Of a DNA stretch of 64,000 nucleotides, positions 8,752-18,632 are shown in pieces. The DNA comes from a virus. Each line of letters opens with the position of its first letter. Position 1 is the stretch's first letter. The notes beneath the pieces are model-generated. The model saw only the letters and a list, made by a program, of their open reading frames with translations, had not been told where the DNA came from and ran no database searches. The stretch is taken from the IMG/VR virus record IMGVR_UViG_3300045988_180880, positions 32,001-96,000 of that record. The stretch is one strand, 5' to 3'. Made by a program: the position numbers and the translations under genes.

Positions 8752-9674
8752 TAGAAATATATGTTAAGAAGTTGTCCAAGATCTATATAATCAATTCCTA
8801 CTTTTTCTGCTGCTAATATATCTCTATTACTTTGACCATATAAACCAGATTCAAGTCCAATTTGTATGGCTGAATTCTTATCAAATCCACGAGTCTTAGA
8901 AATTACAGCATCCATCATTCTATCTTTAGATTGTCCAAAATCATTCTGTACTAAGATTTGACAATGATCATACGGAACTCTTAGATATTCTGATAAAGCA
9001 CAAACAATATATTCTAACATTATTTTCCAAGAATCTGAACCATTACTACTTAAGATTAGATTTCTTGGAACCATAGCATAAACTTTATTTGGGTTAAAAC
9101 ATAAAATCTTATCCCAAACTTCAAAACGGAGTCTAATATCATAAATTCCACGTGGAAGAAGACCTGGTTTTCCATTACTCTGAAAAGTTTCTACTAGACA
9201 ATCTAAGACATCACAAAATATTACTTGTTTCTGTCGATCAATTTCTTTTCTTCCATTATTTGTATTACTACTTCCCCAGGATCCTCCAGTATTACCACTA
9301 CTACCCCAGCCAGAAGATCCACTCCAAGATCCTCCTGAGTTTCCCCAAGAATTTCCTCCTGCCGGTTTTGTTTGCCATGGATACTGTTGATTATTACTTC
9401 CTCCCCACGAAGATCCTCCTCCGTTATTGTTCCAAGATGGAGTTGATGGTTGACCCCAATTACCTCCACCTACACTTTGTCCAAATGGTGTCTGTTGCAT
9501 AATTTTTTCATTCAATTCTTTTTGACCTTTAACTACTTTTTCTATTCTCTCATCCTCCTCTGCTTCATCGATTTCATTGATATCATCATCGTCATCATCT
9601 CCTGAATCATATGGAGGTTCTTCCGAAGAGTAGTCAGGCTTTAGATATTCTTTAAATTTATTATCTTCTTCCAT
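8751..9674 (-). CDS. protein with acidic N-terminus, G/S/N/W-rich low-complexity linker and PNKP/HAD-like C-domain (weak)
   Basis: DDDDDDINEIDEAEEDE; GGNWGQPSTPSWNNNGGGSSWGGS...; C-terminal IGLESGLYGQSNRDILAAEKVGIDYIDLGQLL resembles the end of HAD 3'-phosphatase domains, but motif I is degenerate (FCDVLDCLV). Confidence 0.45.
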   Translation of the reverse strand: MEEDNKFKEYLKPDYSSEEPPYDSGDDDDDDINEIDEAEEDERIEKVVKGQKELNEKIMQQTPFGQSVGGGNWGQPSTPSWNNNGGGSSWGGSNNQQYPWQTKPAGGNSWGNSGGSWSGSSGWGSSGNTGGSWGSSNTNNGRKEIDRQKQVIFCDVLDCLVETFQSNGKPGLLPRGIYDIRLRFEVWDKILCFNPNKVYAMVPRNLILSSNGSDSWKIMLEYIVCALSEYLRVPYDHCQILVQNDFGQSKDRMMDAVISKTRGFDKNSAIQIGLESGLYGQSNRDILAAEKVGIDYIDLGQLLNIYF

Positions 9675-9679
9675 AAGTT

Positions 9680-10054
9680 TTATAGTTTATGTTTATCACT
9701 TATAAGGATTTCCGGATTTAATAAAAGCTCATCAAGTTTAGCTAAATGAGACTTCTCCATATAAAGTCTCCATAATTCTGTTTTACGAGCTTCCTTAAAA
9801 CATTCTATAACTTTTTGAGCATCTAATTCTACGCTTCCGATAATCATATATCTATTATCATTTGTACATTTCGGTTCTATACCAAAACATCCTTCTCTAA
9901 TAAAAGCGTAGATAGTTTCATAAGATGGTCGTTTTAATATAACAGGAACAGTTATATTAATAGAAAGACCTGTACTTGTTGAAAGAATTAAAAATGTATC
10001 TCTAGTAGAATGTAATTTAAAATAATAATTCGATATAACAATATCTGCTATCAT
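9680..10054 (-). CDS. hypothetical protein, tandem paralog 3 of 3
   Basis: LKRPSYETIYAFI..GCFGIE and GSVELDAQKVIECFKEARK align with equivalents in 10051..10410 and 10407..10781. Confidence 0.5.
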   Translation of the reverse strand: MIADIVISNYYFKLHSTRDTFLILSTSTGLSINITVPVILKRPSYETIYAFIREGCFGIEPKCTNDNRYMIIGSVELDAQKVIECFKEARKTELWRLYMEKSHLAKLDELLLNPEILISDKHKL

Positions 10055-10410
10055 AGGAAATATTCTTTTGAATTATTTATCATATCTTTTAATATAGTCA
10101 ATTGAGTGTCATCACCACCCCAAAATTTATCATTAAAAGCTTTCTTCATACCCTGAATTATCTTTTTATAATCTATTCCTTCTACTGTCCCTAAAACTTT
10201 AACAATTGATCTATTTGACATTTTTTCCGGTAACTCAAAATAAAACCTACCAAAACCAATAGATTCATATATATCTTTTCGTCTAGGTCTTTTAAGATAA
10301 TTATAGTGTTGATCATCAATACATATGTAAATATCTAAATTTTTCATAGTTCGAATTATTACTTCTCTTAATTCAATCATATCGTTTGTATCAACTATTA
10401 TCCCTGTCAT
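10051..10410 (-). CDS. hypothetical protein, tandem paralog 2 of 3
   Basis: LKRPRRKDIYESIGFGRFYFELP; GTVEGIDYKKIIQGMKKAFN. Confidence 0.5.
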   Translation of the reverse strand: MTGIIVDTNDMIELREVIIRTMKNLDIYICIDDQHYNYLKRPRRKDIYESIGFGRFYFELPEKMSNRSIVKVLGTVEGIDYKKIIQGMKKAFNDKFWGGDDTQLTILKDMINNSKEYFL

Positions 10411-10781
10411 GTAAATTTTATATTATCTAAGTTTTTTACTAAATGTTTCAAATCATTCGCATAAGGACAATTTTTAGATCCTTGGATAAATGATTTTTTG
10501 AGTTCTTCTAGGTCAACACTAACTTCCTGAATGATTAAGCAATCGATCATATTTCTATATCGAAGATGTTCTAATAAAGAAGTATCATCACAAAATCGAA
10601 ATATACAAAATTTTCCAAGACAAGTTTTTACATAAATTTGTTTAGGAGTTATTCTCTTAGTCGCTAACCCATCTAAATTATATTCTAAAATAAAGTTCTC
10701 TCCAAGAATATTTCCACTAACAATTCCAATATCAGTTGATAATTCTTTTTGAAGTCTTCTGTAAAAACTAATCTTCACCAT
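10407..10781 (-). CDS. hypothetical protein, tandem paralog 1 of 3
   Basis: KRITPKQIYVKTCLGKFCIFRF; QEVSVDLEELKKSFIQGSK. Confidence 0.5.
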   Translation of the reverse strand: MVKISFYRRLQKELSTDIGIVSGNILGENFILEYNLDGLATKRITPKQIYVKTCLGKFCIFRFCDDTSLLEHLRYRNMIDCLIIQEVSVDLEELKKSFIQGSKNCPYANDLKHLVKNLDNIKFT

Positions 10782-11565
10782 CTCCAGTTCCTGCTTTAAT
10801 AGATAAAATAGGTTTAATAATTTCCAAAATTTTCACTGTATCTTGTATTCCAGTTATTATTTCAGAAGGATCTTTATATACCTCGGGCGCTTCATCAATA
10901 CAGGCGAGACATACAGAACTAGAATATACATTGCCCATACTTTCTTTAAATTCTTGGAGACTTAATCGTTCTCTTGCTTCTCGCCTAGACATTAAGCGCC
11001 CAGCACCATGAGGAGCACTATAATTTCTATCAGGATTACCAAGACCTTCACAAATTAAGGTTCCAAAAGCCATGTTCATAGGGATAATTACTTTCTGTCC
11101 GGCGTAAGCTTGAATAGATCCTTTTCTAATTATTCTATCTCTTGGATCTATATAATTATGAATAGACTCAATCCTCTCAAGCTCTTTTCCGAGTCCAAGA
11201 GCTTTTTTAATTCTCTCTGATATCACCATTCGATTATATTCTGCATAAGCTTGAGCAAAAAACATATCCCCGAGATAACCAGATATATCTTCATGTGTTA
11301 CTAAGAATCTACTAGGCGGAATTGTATATCGGCCGGAAGCATGAAGTTTTTCTATTTCTTCTTTGATTTTCTTCCCTTGACCTTTATACTTCTCCTTAAT
11401 TCCTCTCTCGGCCGCTTTCATATCCGCCTCAATTATCCTAGTTTTCCCAATTTGTTTTTTCCAATAAGCAAGTATTTTTATTCCTAAGTTTCTTGATCCT
11501 GTATGAATAGTAACCCAAACAGACTCTTTATCTTCTTCTACCTGTCCAAGTTCTATAAAATGATT
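10768..11565 (-). CDS. rtcB: RNA ligase RtcB, exon 2
   Basis: starts NHFIELGQ..; HTGSRNLG, APHGAGR blocks; the ORF-track Met at 11607 and its first 14 aa lie inside the intron. Confidence 0.85.
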   Translation of the reverse strand, partial: NHFIELGQVEEDKESVWVTIHTGSRNLGIKILAYWKKQIGKTRIIEADMKAAERGIKEKYKGQGKKIKEEIEKLHASGRYTIPPSRFLVTHEDISGYLGDMFFAQAYAEYNRMVISERIKKALGLGKELERIESIHNYIDPRDRIIRKGSIQAYAGQKVIIPMNMAFGTLICEGLGNPDRNYSAPHGAGRLMSRREARERLSLQEFKESMGNVYSSSVCLACIDEAPEVYKDPSEIITGIQDTVKILEIIKPILSIKAGTGDGED

Positions 11566-11815
11566 CAATTTTGTTACTAATACCTTTTCAAGTATTGGAT
11601 AGGTCATTTCTGCCTATCTCTAGTAGTTCTTTTTCCTACTAGTTCGGAGCACACCTTCTGACTTTTATGCCAGGCCAAGTCCCTCTGCTCTCTACGGGGG
11701 TATAAGTTTTAACACTATAACCTTCCCTCGGTGATTAGCATCTCAGCTTCTCCCGATATGGACGACTTTTACAACGAATGACTATTAATCATTCTGGAGG
11801 CAATCAATTTTTCTC
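11566..11815 (-). ncRNA. group I intron in rtcB (250 nt, ORF-less, GC-richer than surroundings)
   Basis: minus-strand P1 ggaggU / Gcctcc with U.G at the splice site; ends ..acaaaattG; splicing joins ..SLGTLGGG|NHFIEL, the RtcB GGGNHF block; exon lengths 1452 and 798 nt, both in frame. Confidence 0.8.
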
Positions 11816-13267
11816 ACCTCCACCAAGAGTTCCAAGAGATTTATAGAAAATTCCCTCAGACATACCAATTCTTTTAAGGGTTTTTGATATAAATTTCTCT
11901 ATCTCTCCAAGACCCTCATAACATACAAATTCAGGCCATAAACTTCTTGCTCTTTCAAGTTTTGTTTTAAAAAATTTCTTGAATTCTTTTTCTTGGATAA
12001 CAGTTTTCTCATTAATCTCCATACCCATTGGAATATCTCTACGAATTCTAGCATCCCAAAGAGCTAATTCTGGATCTCCCGAAGGCATTTTATATTTTAC
12101 ACTTAACATTCCACAATTACCAGTAATAAAAATTCTTCCATTTCTTCTACATACAAAATATCCAGTATCCGTGGTAAAACAATATTTAAATCCATCAATA
12201 GAAGGAACAATACTAGATTTTTTATTATAAGTAACTATTTTATTCCTAGCAGGACTCACATAATAAACTATATTCCATCTCTCTTTTCCTAAAATTTCTG
12301 AAATTCCTGCTCTAGTATTTGTAGCCGAAAATGCAAATTGAATTACATCTATATTATCTTTATTAGTATTTGAATAAGAACTTCTATATCCATTATGTCC
12401 ATCCCAAAGTAAACACTCTTCTTTTACTATTTCAAGTTGCTCTTTAGTAGCCAGATAATACTTTTTAAGATCTTTGTTTATTGAAAAATCTACATTAAAT
12501 CGTATAGAAGTAGATTTATCTTTTAATATTGAAATTTTATACTCAATATTAGCATCCTCTAATAATTTTTTTGCTCTTTCTATTTTTCTTTCTTTTCTAA
12601 AATGTAATTCTATTCTATTATGATCTTTAGCAGGTATTATCTTTCCATCCGCTTGTACCATAATATCTATTCTAATCATTTCATTGGACAAACTAACACC
12701 TGGGTTATTAGATATATTAAAACAAGTTTTAAATCCATAAAAACCTTTAGATAAATTGAGTTTATCTAATTCTATTGGAGTAATTTTTCTATGATTCAAT
12801 TTATGTCCCTTCCAATATCCAGAGTATACTAATAAATTATGTTCTGAACTAATCAATTGATCTAATCCACTTTTCTTATTATAATATTGATGAAATTCAG
12901 TACAAGGAGATTTTATATACTTTATAGGTTTTAAAAATTTTCCCTCATCCGTTTCCGGATCAAATTGCATAATCTCTTCATCAGCATAGTTAGATATTTT
13001 AATCCACCCAGTTGGTGTTAACACTTCTGTATCACAATCTAGACACGATATATCACAGCCAACTACATCAGGATCAAGAGGACCGCCAGAATAAGTTTGA
13101 GTATATCCTACTACGCAACCTTTCCCACAATGAACATCCTCCATAATCCTAACTGTTTCATTCTCAGTCATTTTAGTATTTAAAAGTTCGTAGACTTGAG
13201 AAACTGCTTCTGGTTCAATATTATCAGTAAAGACAATTGCTTTACCATATTTTCCTGTTATTTCCAT
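11816..13267 (-). CDS. rtcB: RNA ligase RtcB, exon 1 (contains intein)
   Basis: DVHCGKG, VGCDIS[intein]CGM, ends ..GTLGGG. Confidence 0.85.
12116..13045 (-). mobile_element. intein (310 aa) in the RtcB DI(G/S)-CGM active-site block
   Basis: starts CLDCDTEVLTPTGW (Cys1, block A), ends ..RIFITGN followed by extein Cys; large enough to hold an endonuclease domain. Confidence 0.75.
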
Positions 13268-13271
13268 ATCC

Positions 13272-13985
13272 CTATAATTTCTTTGATAAACTATAAATCC
13301 AATGACGTCCTTCTTCAGTCCACCTCTTTACATTTCTTGGTTTTCCTGCCTTGTCAAATATAGTAACTATTTTTGTATATCCAAATTTATCAAATGGTTC
13401 CTTTAAGTACCATTTCTTTTTATCATGAGATCTAAAAATTAAATTATTCTTCTCTAATAATCTTAATAATTCTATATTAGATATTCCAAGACCCAAATCT
13501 TTCACTATATCTCTTGTTGAATATAGATTTTCTGAAGTAGTTAGGACTCGATTACAATAATCTACTTGAGGCTGTTGATTTTGAATAGTAATCTGTAGGT
13601 TAGTAATTTCAGAGGTTAATCTTCCAATTTCAGCGTCTCTCAGAGCAAATCCATTATTTATAATTTCGTCTAATTTTCTTAGACACCATACTCCAAATTT
13701 AGGACTACACCACATAGCAAAATGAATAGCTATTAATCTATGCATCCAAGTACCTTGATTCTGAGGAATACCTCCTTTAATAACTACTATTAATTCCGAT
13801 ATCGGAATTCCGATATCGATCGAGACCTCATTGATTAATTCTTTTGTCTGTTGATTACTAAGATAATGACCTAACTGCTTCTTACAAACTTTTGCTATCT
13901 CAGTAGCATTAATCATGACATCATTACTTGTCAATGCAAATGGAATAATACATCCATTATACTCAAAATTTAATAATTCATTCAT
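13272..13985 (-). CDS. KilA-N / antirepressor (KilAC)-like DNA-binding protein
   Basis: N-half INATEIAKV...GTWMHRLIAIHFAMWCSPKF typical of KilA-N; C-half YSTRDIVKDLGLGISNIELLRLLEKNNLIF. Confidence 0.55.
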   Translation of the reverse strand: MNELLNFEYNGCIIPFALTSNDVMINATEIAKVCKKQLGHYLSNQQTKELINEVSIDIGIPISELIVVIKGGIPQNQGTWMHRLIAIHFAMWCSPKFGVWCLRKLDEIINNGFALRDAEIGRLTSEITNLQITIQNQQPQVDYCNRVLTTSENLYSTRDIVKDLGLGISNIELLRLLEKNNLIFRSHDKKKWYLKEPFDKFGYTKIVTIFDKAGKPRNVKRWTEEGRHWIYSLSKKL

Positions 13986-14030
13986 ACTTATATAAAATAA
14001 AGGGAGTAAATCATATTACTCCCCTAAAAC

Positions 14031-14537
14031 TTATTTCTTTTCTTCAACAGCTTCCTGTCCCTGCGTTTCTTCTTTAGAAGGTTTGTCTTCTTTAACTGGA
14101 CCTACAAACAATCCGCGAAGAATACACATCTTATTTTCTAAGGTACACTCTGAATGTTCCTTATTATAATATTCACAGATATCAGGGCAACATTTATCGA
14201 TTACTTTGTCGAGATAAACCAATTTTTTATTTCCGGCGATTTTTTGTAATATATCAGGCTGATCTTTGAAAATTTCCTCAAGAGTGCCTTCTTTTGGAAC
14301 CATTGAAGTTAAATCTGAATCTTCTCCTTCATTAGCTCCAAGATCATTACAAAAATCGATAAATGATAGTTCTTCATTTCCGGGATCTCTAGGATCAGGG
14401 ATAAAAGAACAACATTTTCCATAAGGACATTCTTTATCACAAATTAAATGTGATGTTGGAATTTCCTCAATGGGTCTAAAGACTACCACTTTTTCTCCGT
14501 TAGATGTGGGAACTTTTACTGTTTTTAACTTTTTCAT
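14031..14537 (-). CDS. cysteine-rich hypothetical protein
   Basis: ORF track; multiple CxxC-like pairs; 9-bp leader hairpin gaagcgga../..tccgcttc at 14583-14611. Confidence 0.5.
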   Translation of the reverse strand: MKKLKTVKVPTSNGEKVVVFRPIEEIPTSHLICDKECPYGKCCSFIPDPRDPGNEELSFIDFCNDLGANEGEDSDLTSMVPKEGTLEEIFKDQPDILQKIAGNKKLVYLDKVIDKCCPDICEYYNKEHSECTLENKMCILRGLFVGPVKEDKPSKEETQGQEAVEEKK

Positions 14538-14610
14538 AATTTAATTCATTAATGTTATTTAATTCTTTACGCATTTATTTTCGAAGCGGATTCTGTATTA
14601 ATTTCCGCTT

Positions 14611-14630
14611 CATATATAAGAATTTCAGGG
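14611..14630 (-). promoter_or_regulatory. phage promoter-like motif
   Basis: plus-strand 20-mer catatataagaatttcaggg identical to 55163-55182. Confidence 0.55.
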
Positions 14631-14633
14631 GAG

Positions 14634-14670
14634 AAGAAAATAAAAAGAAGGAAGTATTTCATTCCTTCTT
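14634..14670 (-). terminator. rho-independent terminator
   Basis: aagaaggaa / ttccttctt 9-bp stem; T-run on minus strand. Confidence 0.65.
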
Positions 14671-14685
14671 CTTAAATGTTCTAGT

Positions 14686-15381
14686 TTAGTTAGTTACTGC
14701 ATAAAGAATTGTGTTCCCTTCTCTTCTAAGAGTAAATAGTCTTTCAACCTCATTATCACTTATTATTTTATAGTCCTCTCGTTTTTTAGAAACTAGATAA
14801 TCTTTAATAAGTCCATAATTAAATGACTCTATCACAAGATGACAACCATTTGGAGTATTAATTTTTCCTAGAATATTAGTATATCCTGAGATAAATTTTT
14901 CTATATCATGTTGATAGAATTTATCTTCAGAATCAATATCTAAAATCCACCTAGGTTTATCTACAACTCCTTTTGATTGAACCGTTTCATTACTTAAGGC
15001 TACTTTCTTTGGAAGATTATGTATATTTGTATAATCATTGTTTGCTACTCTCTTAGAATATTCAAACATACATTGCTTTCCAAATTTTTCCAAAGATCTT
15101 GGTGTAATAGATATGTAAGCTCTTGCTTTATAATGTTCACACATCTCCGTTAATCGATTCCAGGATTTTTCAAGAACTCCTAAATCTGTCACCCACCAAG
15201 CATATCTCTGTATTTCTTGAAGAGGTAAATCAGGATTCTCTTTTCTTCTTTGTATAACTTGCACAAAATAATATATCTCCGGTTTACCTTTAGAAGATAT
15301 CTTAAATTTTAGAAGACTTTTTACTGTCTCTAAATTATTTATTACTCTCATGATTTTATAGTATTTAGTAAAAATTTCCAA
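14686..15381 (-). CDS. hypothetical protein
   Basis: ORF track. Confidence 0.5.
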   Translation of the reverse strand: MEIFTKYYKIMRVINNLETVKSLLKFKISSKGKPEIYYFVQVIQRRKENPDLPLQEIQRYAWWVTDLGVLEKSWNRLTEMCEHYKARAYISITPRSLEKFGKQCMFEYSKRVANNDYTNIHNLPKKVALSNETVQSKGVVDKPRWILDIDSEDKFYQHDIEKFISGYTNILGKINTPNGCHLVIESFNYGLIKDYLVSKKREDYKIISDNEVERLFTLRREGNTILYAVTN

Positions 15382-16904
15382 GAAACCGTTGCTGTATGAT
15401 CTGAAGAAAAGATATCAACCGTCTTACTAGTACTCTCAATCAATGGAAAATGTTTATCATTAAATCTCGTTGTTTTTGACATAATGATCTGAAACTTTCT
15501 TCTTCTAAGCTCTTCATTATATTTAGTGAGATTAGTTTTCCATTCTTTTCGAATCTCTTCGATTGGCCTTTTTCCAAAACCAATAGAGTCTAAGAATACT
15601 TTGATTACACTACTTTTTGGTAATGCTCCTCTTTGATATTCTTTATACATAAGTTGTCTTTTTTGTTTTTCTCCAGGGATACCAGAAATAAAACTAACCA
15701 ATTCCATTATCATTTCTGATTTTCTTGTAGCTTCTTTATCAGTTTCCTTCTTAGGGAAGTAATAATCTCCAACTATTCCAAGAGATTTAAGAAACTCTAT
15801 TTTTGGATCTAAAGTTACCTTCTCAGGATAGTACTCTTGAATATATTCATTAGCTATTGCTGCAAGTTTATACTTAACTTCTAATCGAGAAAGGTAATAA
15901 CTACTAATATCTCTAATTGCACACTTAGTTACTACTGGAAGAGATGAGATATCTATTAGATACTCTCCAGAAAACACTAATTCTGATTTTATTATCCCCA
16001 GTCGTTTAAATTTCCCGGCGAGTTTATTGGAAATCATAACTCCTATTAAAGACTGATTAAGAAGACCATCCTTTACTAAACATATAGATTGTCTTGTTTT
16101 ATATGTTTTTTCGCCGGGTTCTATTCCGACTGTATTTTCTGGGATATTAACTACCACATTAGTATCAAAGCAGATTCCTAAGTTAGCTCGTCTTTTATTT
16201 CCAATCGTTCCTGTCACTTTCGCCCATTTATCTTTTTGGTAAGTAACAGCAGTATTACTATCCACTTTTTTAGGAGAAAGTCTTTTATATTCTCCGATCA
16301 ACTCTGGATTAATAAGAATACTTGCATTATCCTCAATTAAATCAGTTATTAACCTACTAATTGAATATTTATTATAATCTGAATAAATTTTTGGATACTT
16401 AGTTTTTCTTTCAATAGGTTTGGGTGTATATTCGGAACGTTTAATAATATCATTAAGATCTTCAATATAATTAGTCATCCCTACACGACCGTACATCTCG
16501 TAAAAACCTTTGATAACTATTTCATCTTTTGTTGCTTGCGCTAAAAGTTCAGCAGTATCTAGGTATTCAAGTTTAATTGTACTTCCTAAAAAAGATAATA
16601 TAATTCTAAGATCCTGGGTTGAATAAGTTTCCCCAGAGTATCTTTCAACTCTTTTTTCTCTTACTATTCCCCATGCAGATGCGTAATTATGAACACTAGG
16701 ACTAACTCTTATTTTATTTTTTCCATAAGAATCCATTATTAACCAAGGATTACCAGAAGAACTAAGTTTATCTGCTAAAAGTACATATTGATACTTTAGA
16801 TTTTTCTTATTTCTCAGGATAATCTCAGTACTTTTCCCATACTCATAATCACAGTACTTTACTAATTTTAATCTTGAACCATTAATTTTAATTTCTTTTT
16901 CCAT
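15348..16904 (-). CDS. hypothetical protein (518 aa)
   Basis: ORF track; no motif recognised. Confidence 0.5.
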   Translation of the reverse strand: MEKEIKINGSRLKLVKYCDYEYGKSTEIILRNKKNLKYQYVLLADKLSSSGNPWLIMDSYGKNKIRVSPSVHNYASAWGIVREKRVERYSGETYSTQDLRIILSFLGSTIKLEYLDTAELLAQATKDEIVIKGFYEMYGRVGMTNYIEDLNDIIKRSEYTPKPIERKTKYPKIYSDYNKYSISRLITDLIEDNASILINPELIGEYKRLSPKKVDSNTAVTYQKDKWAKVTGTIGNKRRANLGICFDTNVVVNIPENTVGIEPGEKTYKTRQSICLVKDGLLNQSLIGVMISNKLAGKFKRLGIIKSELVFSGEYLIDISSLPVVTKCAIRDISSYYLSRLEVKYKLAAIANEYIQEYYPEKVTLDPKIEFLKSLGIVGDYYFPKKETDKEATRKSEMIMELVSFISGIPGEKQKRQLMYKEYQRGALPKSSVIKVFLDSIGFGKRPIEEIRKEWKTNLTKYNEELRRRKFQIIMSKTTRFNDKHFPLIESTSKTVDIFSSDHTATVSWKFLLNTIKS

Positions 16905-16928
16905 AATTCTTATGTTTATTGTTATTTA

Positions 16929-17459
16929 TTATTCATTAGTAAGAGTTTCAAGAGCTTCTAAAAAATCCAAGATATTCATTATAAAATTACGATAACTTTT
17001 ATCGGGTTTATCTGGAAGTCTAAGAGAATACTCAATAAAACCTCGTAATTCTATATCAGAAGGACAAATATTCATTATAATATCTTTGTAAAGATTATTA
17101 TGAACTGTTTCTGAGATTATAAGATTATTCTTAAGCTTTCTAAATAAACTTCGTTTTGTTAATTTTTTATAATTATCCTCAGAATGTAAATAAACAGGTA
17201 ATACCATTACTAAATCTCTAACTTCAGAAGGACTAATCCAGTTCCCTATTGGAGATCTAGCTGCATTTAATTCTTCATAGTTCTTTAGAATATGATAACT
17301 CAAAAGTTTATTTCGAAGAATAGATATATTTTTATCATAAATAAATTTTATAAATTCTTCTCTATTAAATAACTGATTAAATCTGATATAACCAACTATA
17401 ATATTTTTGTTATATCGTAATCTATAAAATTCAATACTTTCTATTTTTATTTTCTTCAT
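16929..17459 (-). CDS. hypothetical protein
   Basis: ORF track. Confidence 0.5.
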   Translation of the reverse strand: MKKIKIESIEFYRLRYNKNIIVGYIRFNQLFNREEFIKFIYDKNISILRNKLLSYHILKNYEELNAARSPIGNWISPSEVRDLVMVLPVYLHSEDNYKKLTKRSLFRKLKNNLIISETVHNNLYKDIIMNICPSDIELRGFIEYSLRLPDKPDKSYRNFIMNILDFLEALETLTNE

Positions 17460-17461
17460 AA

Positions 17462-17482
17462 CACATATAAGGAAAATAAACC
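17462..17482 (-). promoter_or_regulatory. phage promoter-like motif
   Basis: sense ggtttattttccttatatgtg directly upstream of start 17459. Confidence 0.4.
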
Positions 17483-17542
17483 CCGACCTATCACAGGCAG
17501 GGGCTCACACTATAATATGCAATTCAAAGGATTTTCTCTTTT

Positions 17543-17558
17543 CCATTTATAAGGATTT
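17543..17558 (-). promoter_or_regulatory. phage promoter-like motif (divergent pair)
   Basis: sense aaatccttataaatgg; back-to-back with + motif 17556-17573. Confidence 0.45.
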
Positions 17559-17573
17559 AAAGCCTTAAGATTG
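17556..17573 (+). promoter_or_regulatory. phage promoter-like motif (variant)
   Basis: tttaaagccttaagattg, 17 nt before ATG 17590. Confidence 0.4.
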
Positions 17574-17589
17574 ATAAACAATAAGAATT

Positions 17590-18417
17590 ATGAAAAATAT
17601 TAATGAAGAAAAAATTAAAAAATTTAAAAAGATTACAGAATTAATTTTGAATGGACTAAAAGAAATAGGAATAAATCCTATTCTATCCGAAGATGATACT
17701 TCCCCTAATGAAGAGTGGGGAAATAGTATGACAATGTCTTTCAGTTTTTCTAATGGAGGACTTAAATATTGGTATCTCGGAATTTGGGGATGTGGGAGAT
17801 GGTCTGAAACTTACGATTGTGATAATTCTGAGGACTATATATCAGTCTTTCTAATTCACAAATGGACGTATGATAAATTTAGACCTAGTAGTTCAGATAT
17901 AGAATACAGAATTACATTAAACGATAAACCTGTAGAAATATATCATGTAATTCAAGGGTTAGAAGAAATTCATAAAAATCCTATTCAAGAATATTATAAA
18001 ACTTTTTGGGAACATAAAAGTGATCATGATATGCCTTGTCTTGAATATTTTAGAGATTGGTGGTTTCATGAAGTTACTTATCCGATTCAAGAAAAATTGA
18101 GATATAAATGGAGTGTAAAAATATTATATAATTTTCTTAAAGTATTATCATGGATTGACCCTAGAGTCTCACGAAGGAAGTTATTTAAAGAAGAAGGGTG
18201 TATTCCAATCTATACTTCCGGATTTTTAGCGACGGAATGGGCATCAAGTCGTGATTGGGCTTTTAATAGCTTTGCATGGTTATATGAAAAATTTCCATGG
18301 TGGTTATGTAAAATCTGTAAACATAAATTATTTGATGCACACTGGAACGTCGCTGATTTTCCGGAAGAAGTAACAAATACTTTAGAAAAAAGAATGTGGA
18401 AAGGAGTAGTAATATGA
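17590..18417 (+). CDS. hypothetical protein (W/C-rich)
   Basis: ORF track. Confidence 0.5.
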   Translation: MKNINEEKIKKFKKITELILNGLKEIGINPILSEDDTSPNEEWGNSMTMSFSFSNGGLKYWYLGIWGCGRWSETYDCDNSEDYISVFLIHKWTYDKFRPSSSDIEYRITLNDKPVEIYHVIQGLEEIHKNPIQEYYKTFWEHKSDHDMPCLEYFRDWWFHEVTYPIQEKLRYKWSVKILYNFLKVLSWIDPRVSRRKLFKEEGCIPIYTSGFLATEWASSRDWAFNSFAWLYEKFPWWLCKICKHKLFDAHWNVADFPEEVTNTLEKRMWKGVVI

Positions 18418-18632
18418 AAAAGTTTAAATTTGAGGAATGGTTAGATGAGAAAGGTGGAGGTTGTGAACTCATTTTAATATGTCTTTTTTGGAAATTTATA
18501 TTTGATCCTATTATATACCTAACTACCAAAGATATGGATTGGGTAGTAGCATCACAAACTCCATTCATAATATTTATTCTAACTCCATACATATTATTTA
18601 GAACAAGAAAAAGATGGAAAAAGAAAGATTAG
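18396..18632 (+). CDS. small membrane protein
   Basis: ORF track; two hydrophobic segments. Confidence 0.45.
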   Translation: MERSSNMKKFKFEEWLDEKGGGCELILICLFWKFIFDPIIYLTTKDMDWVVASQTPFIIFILTPYILFRTRKRWKKKD

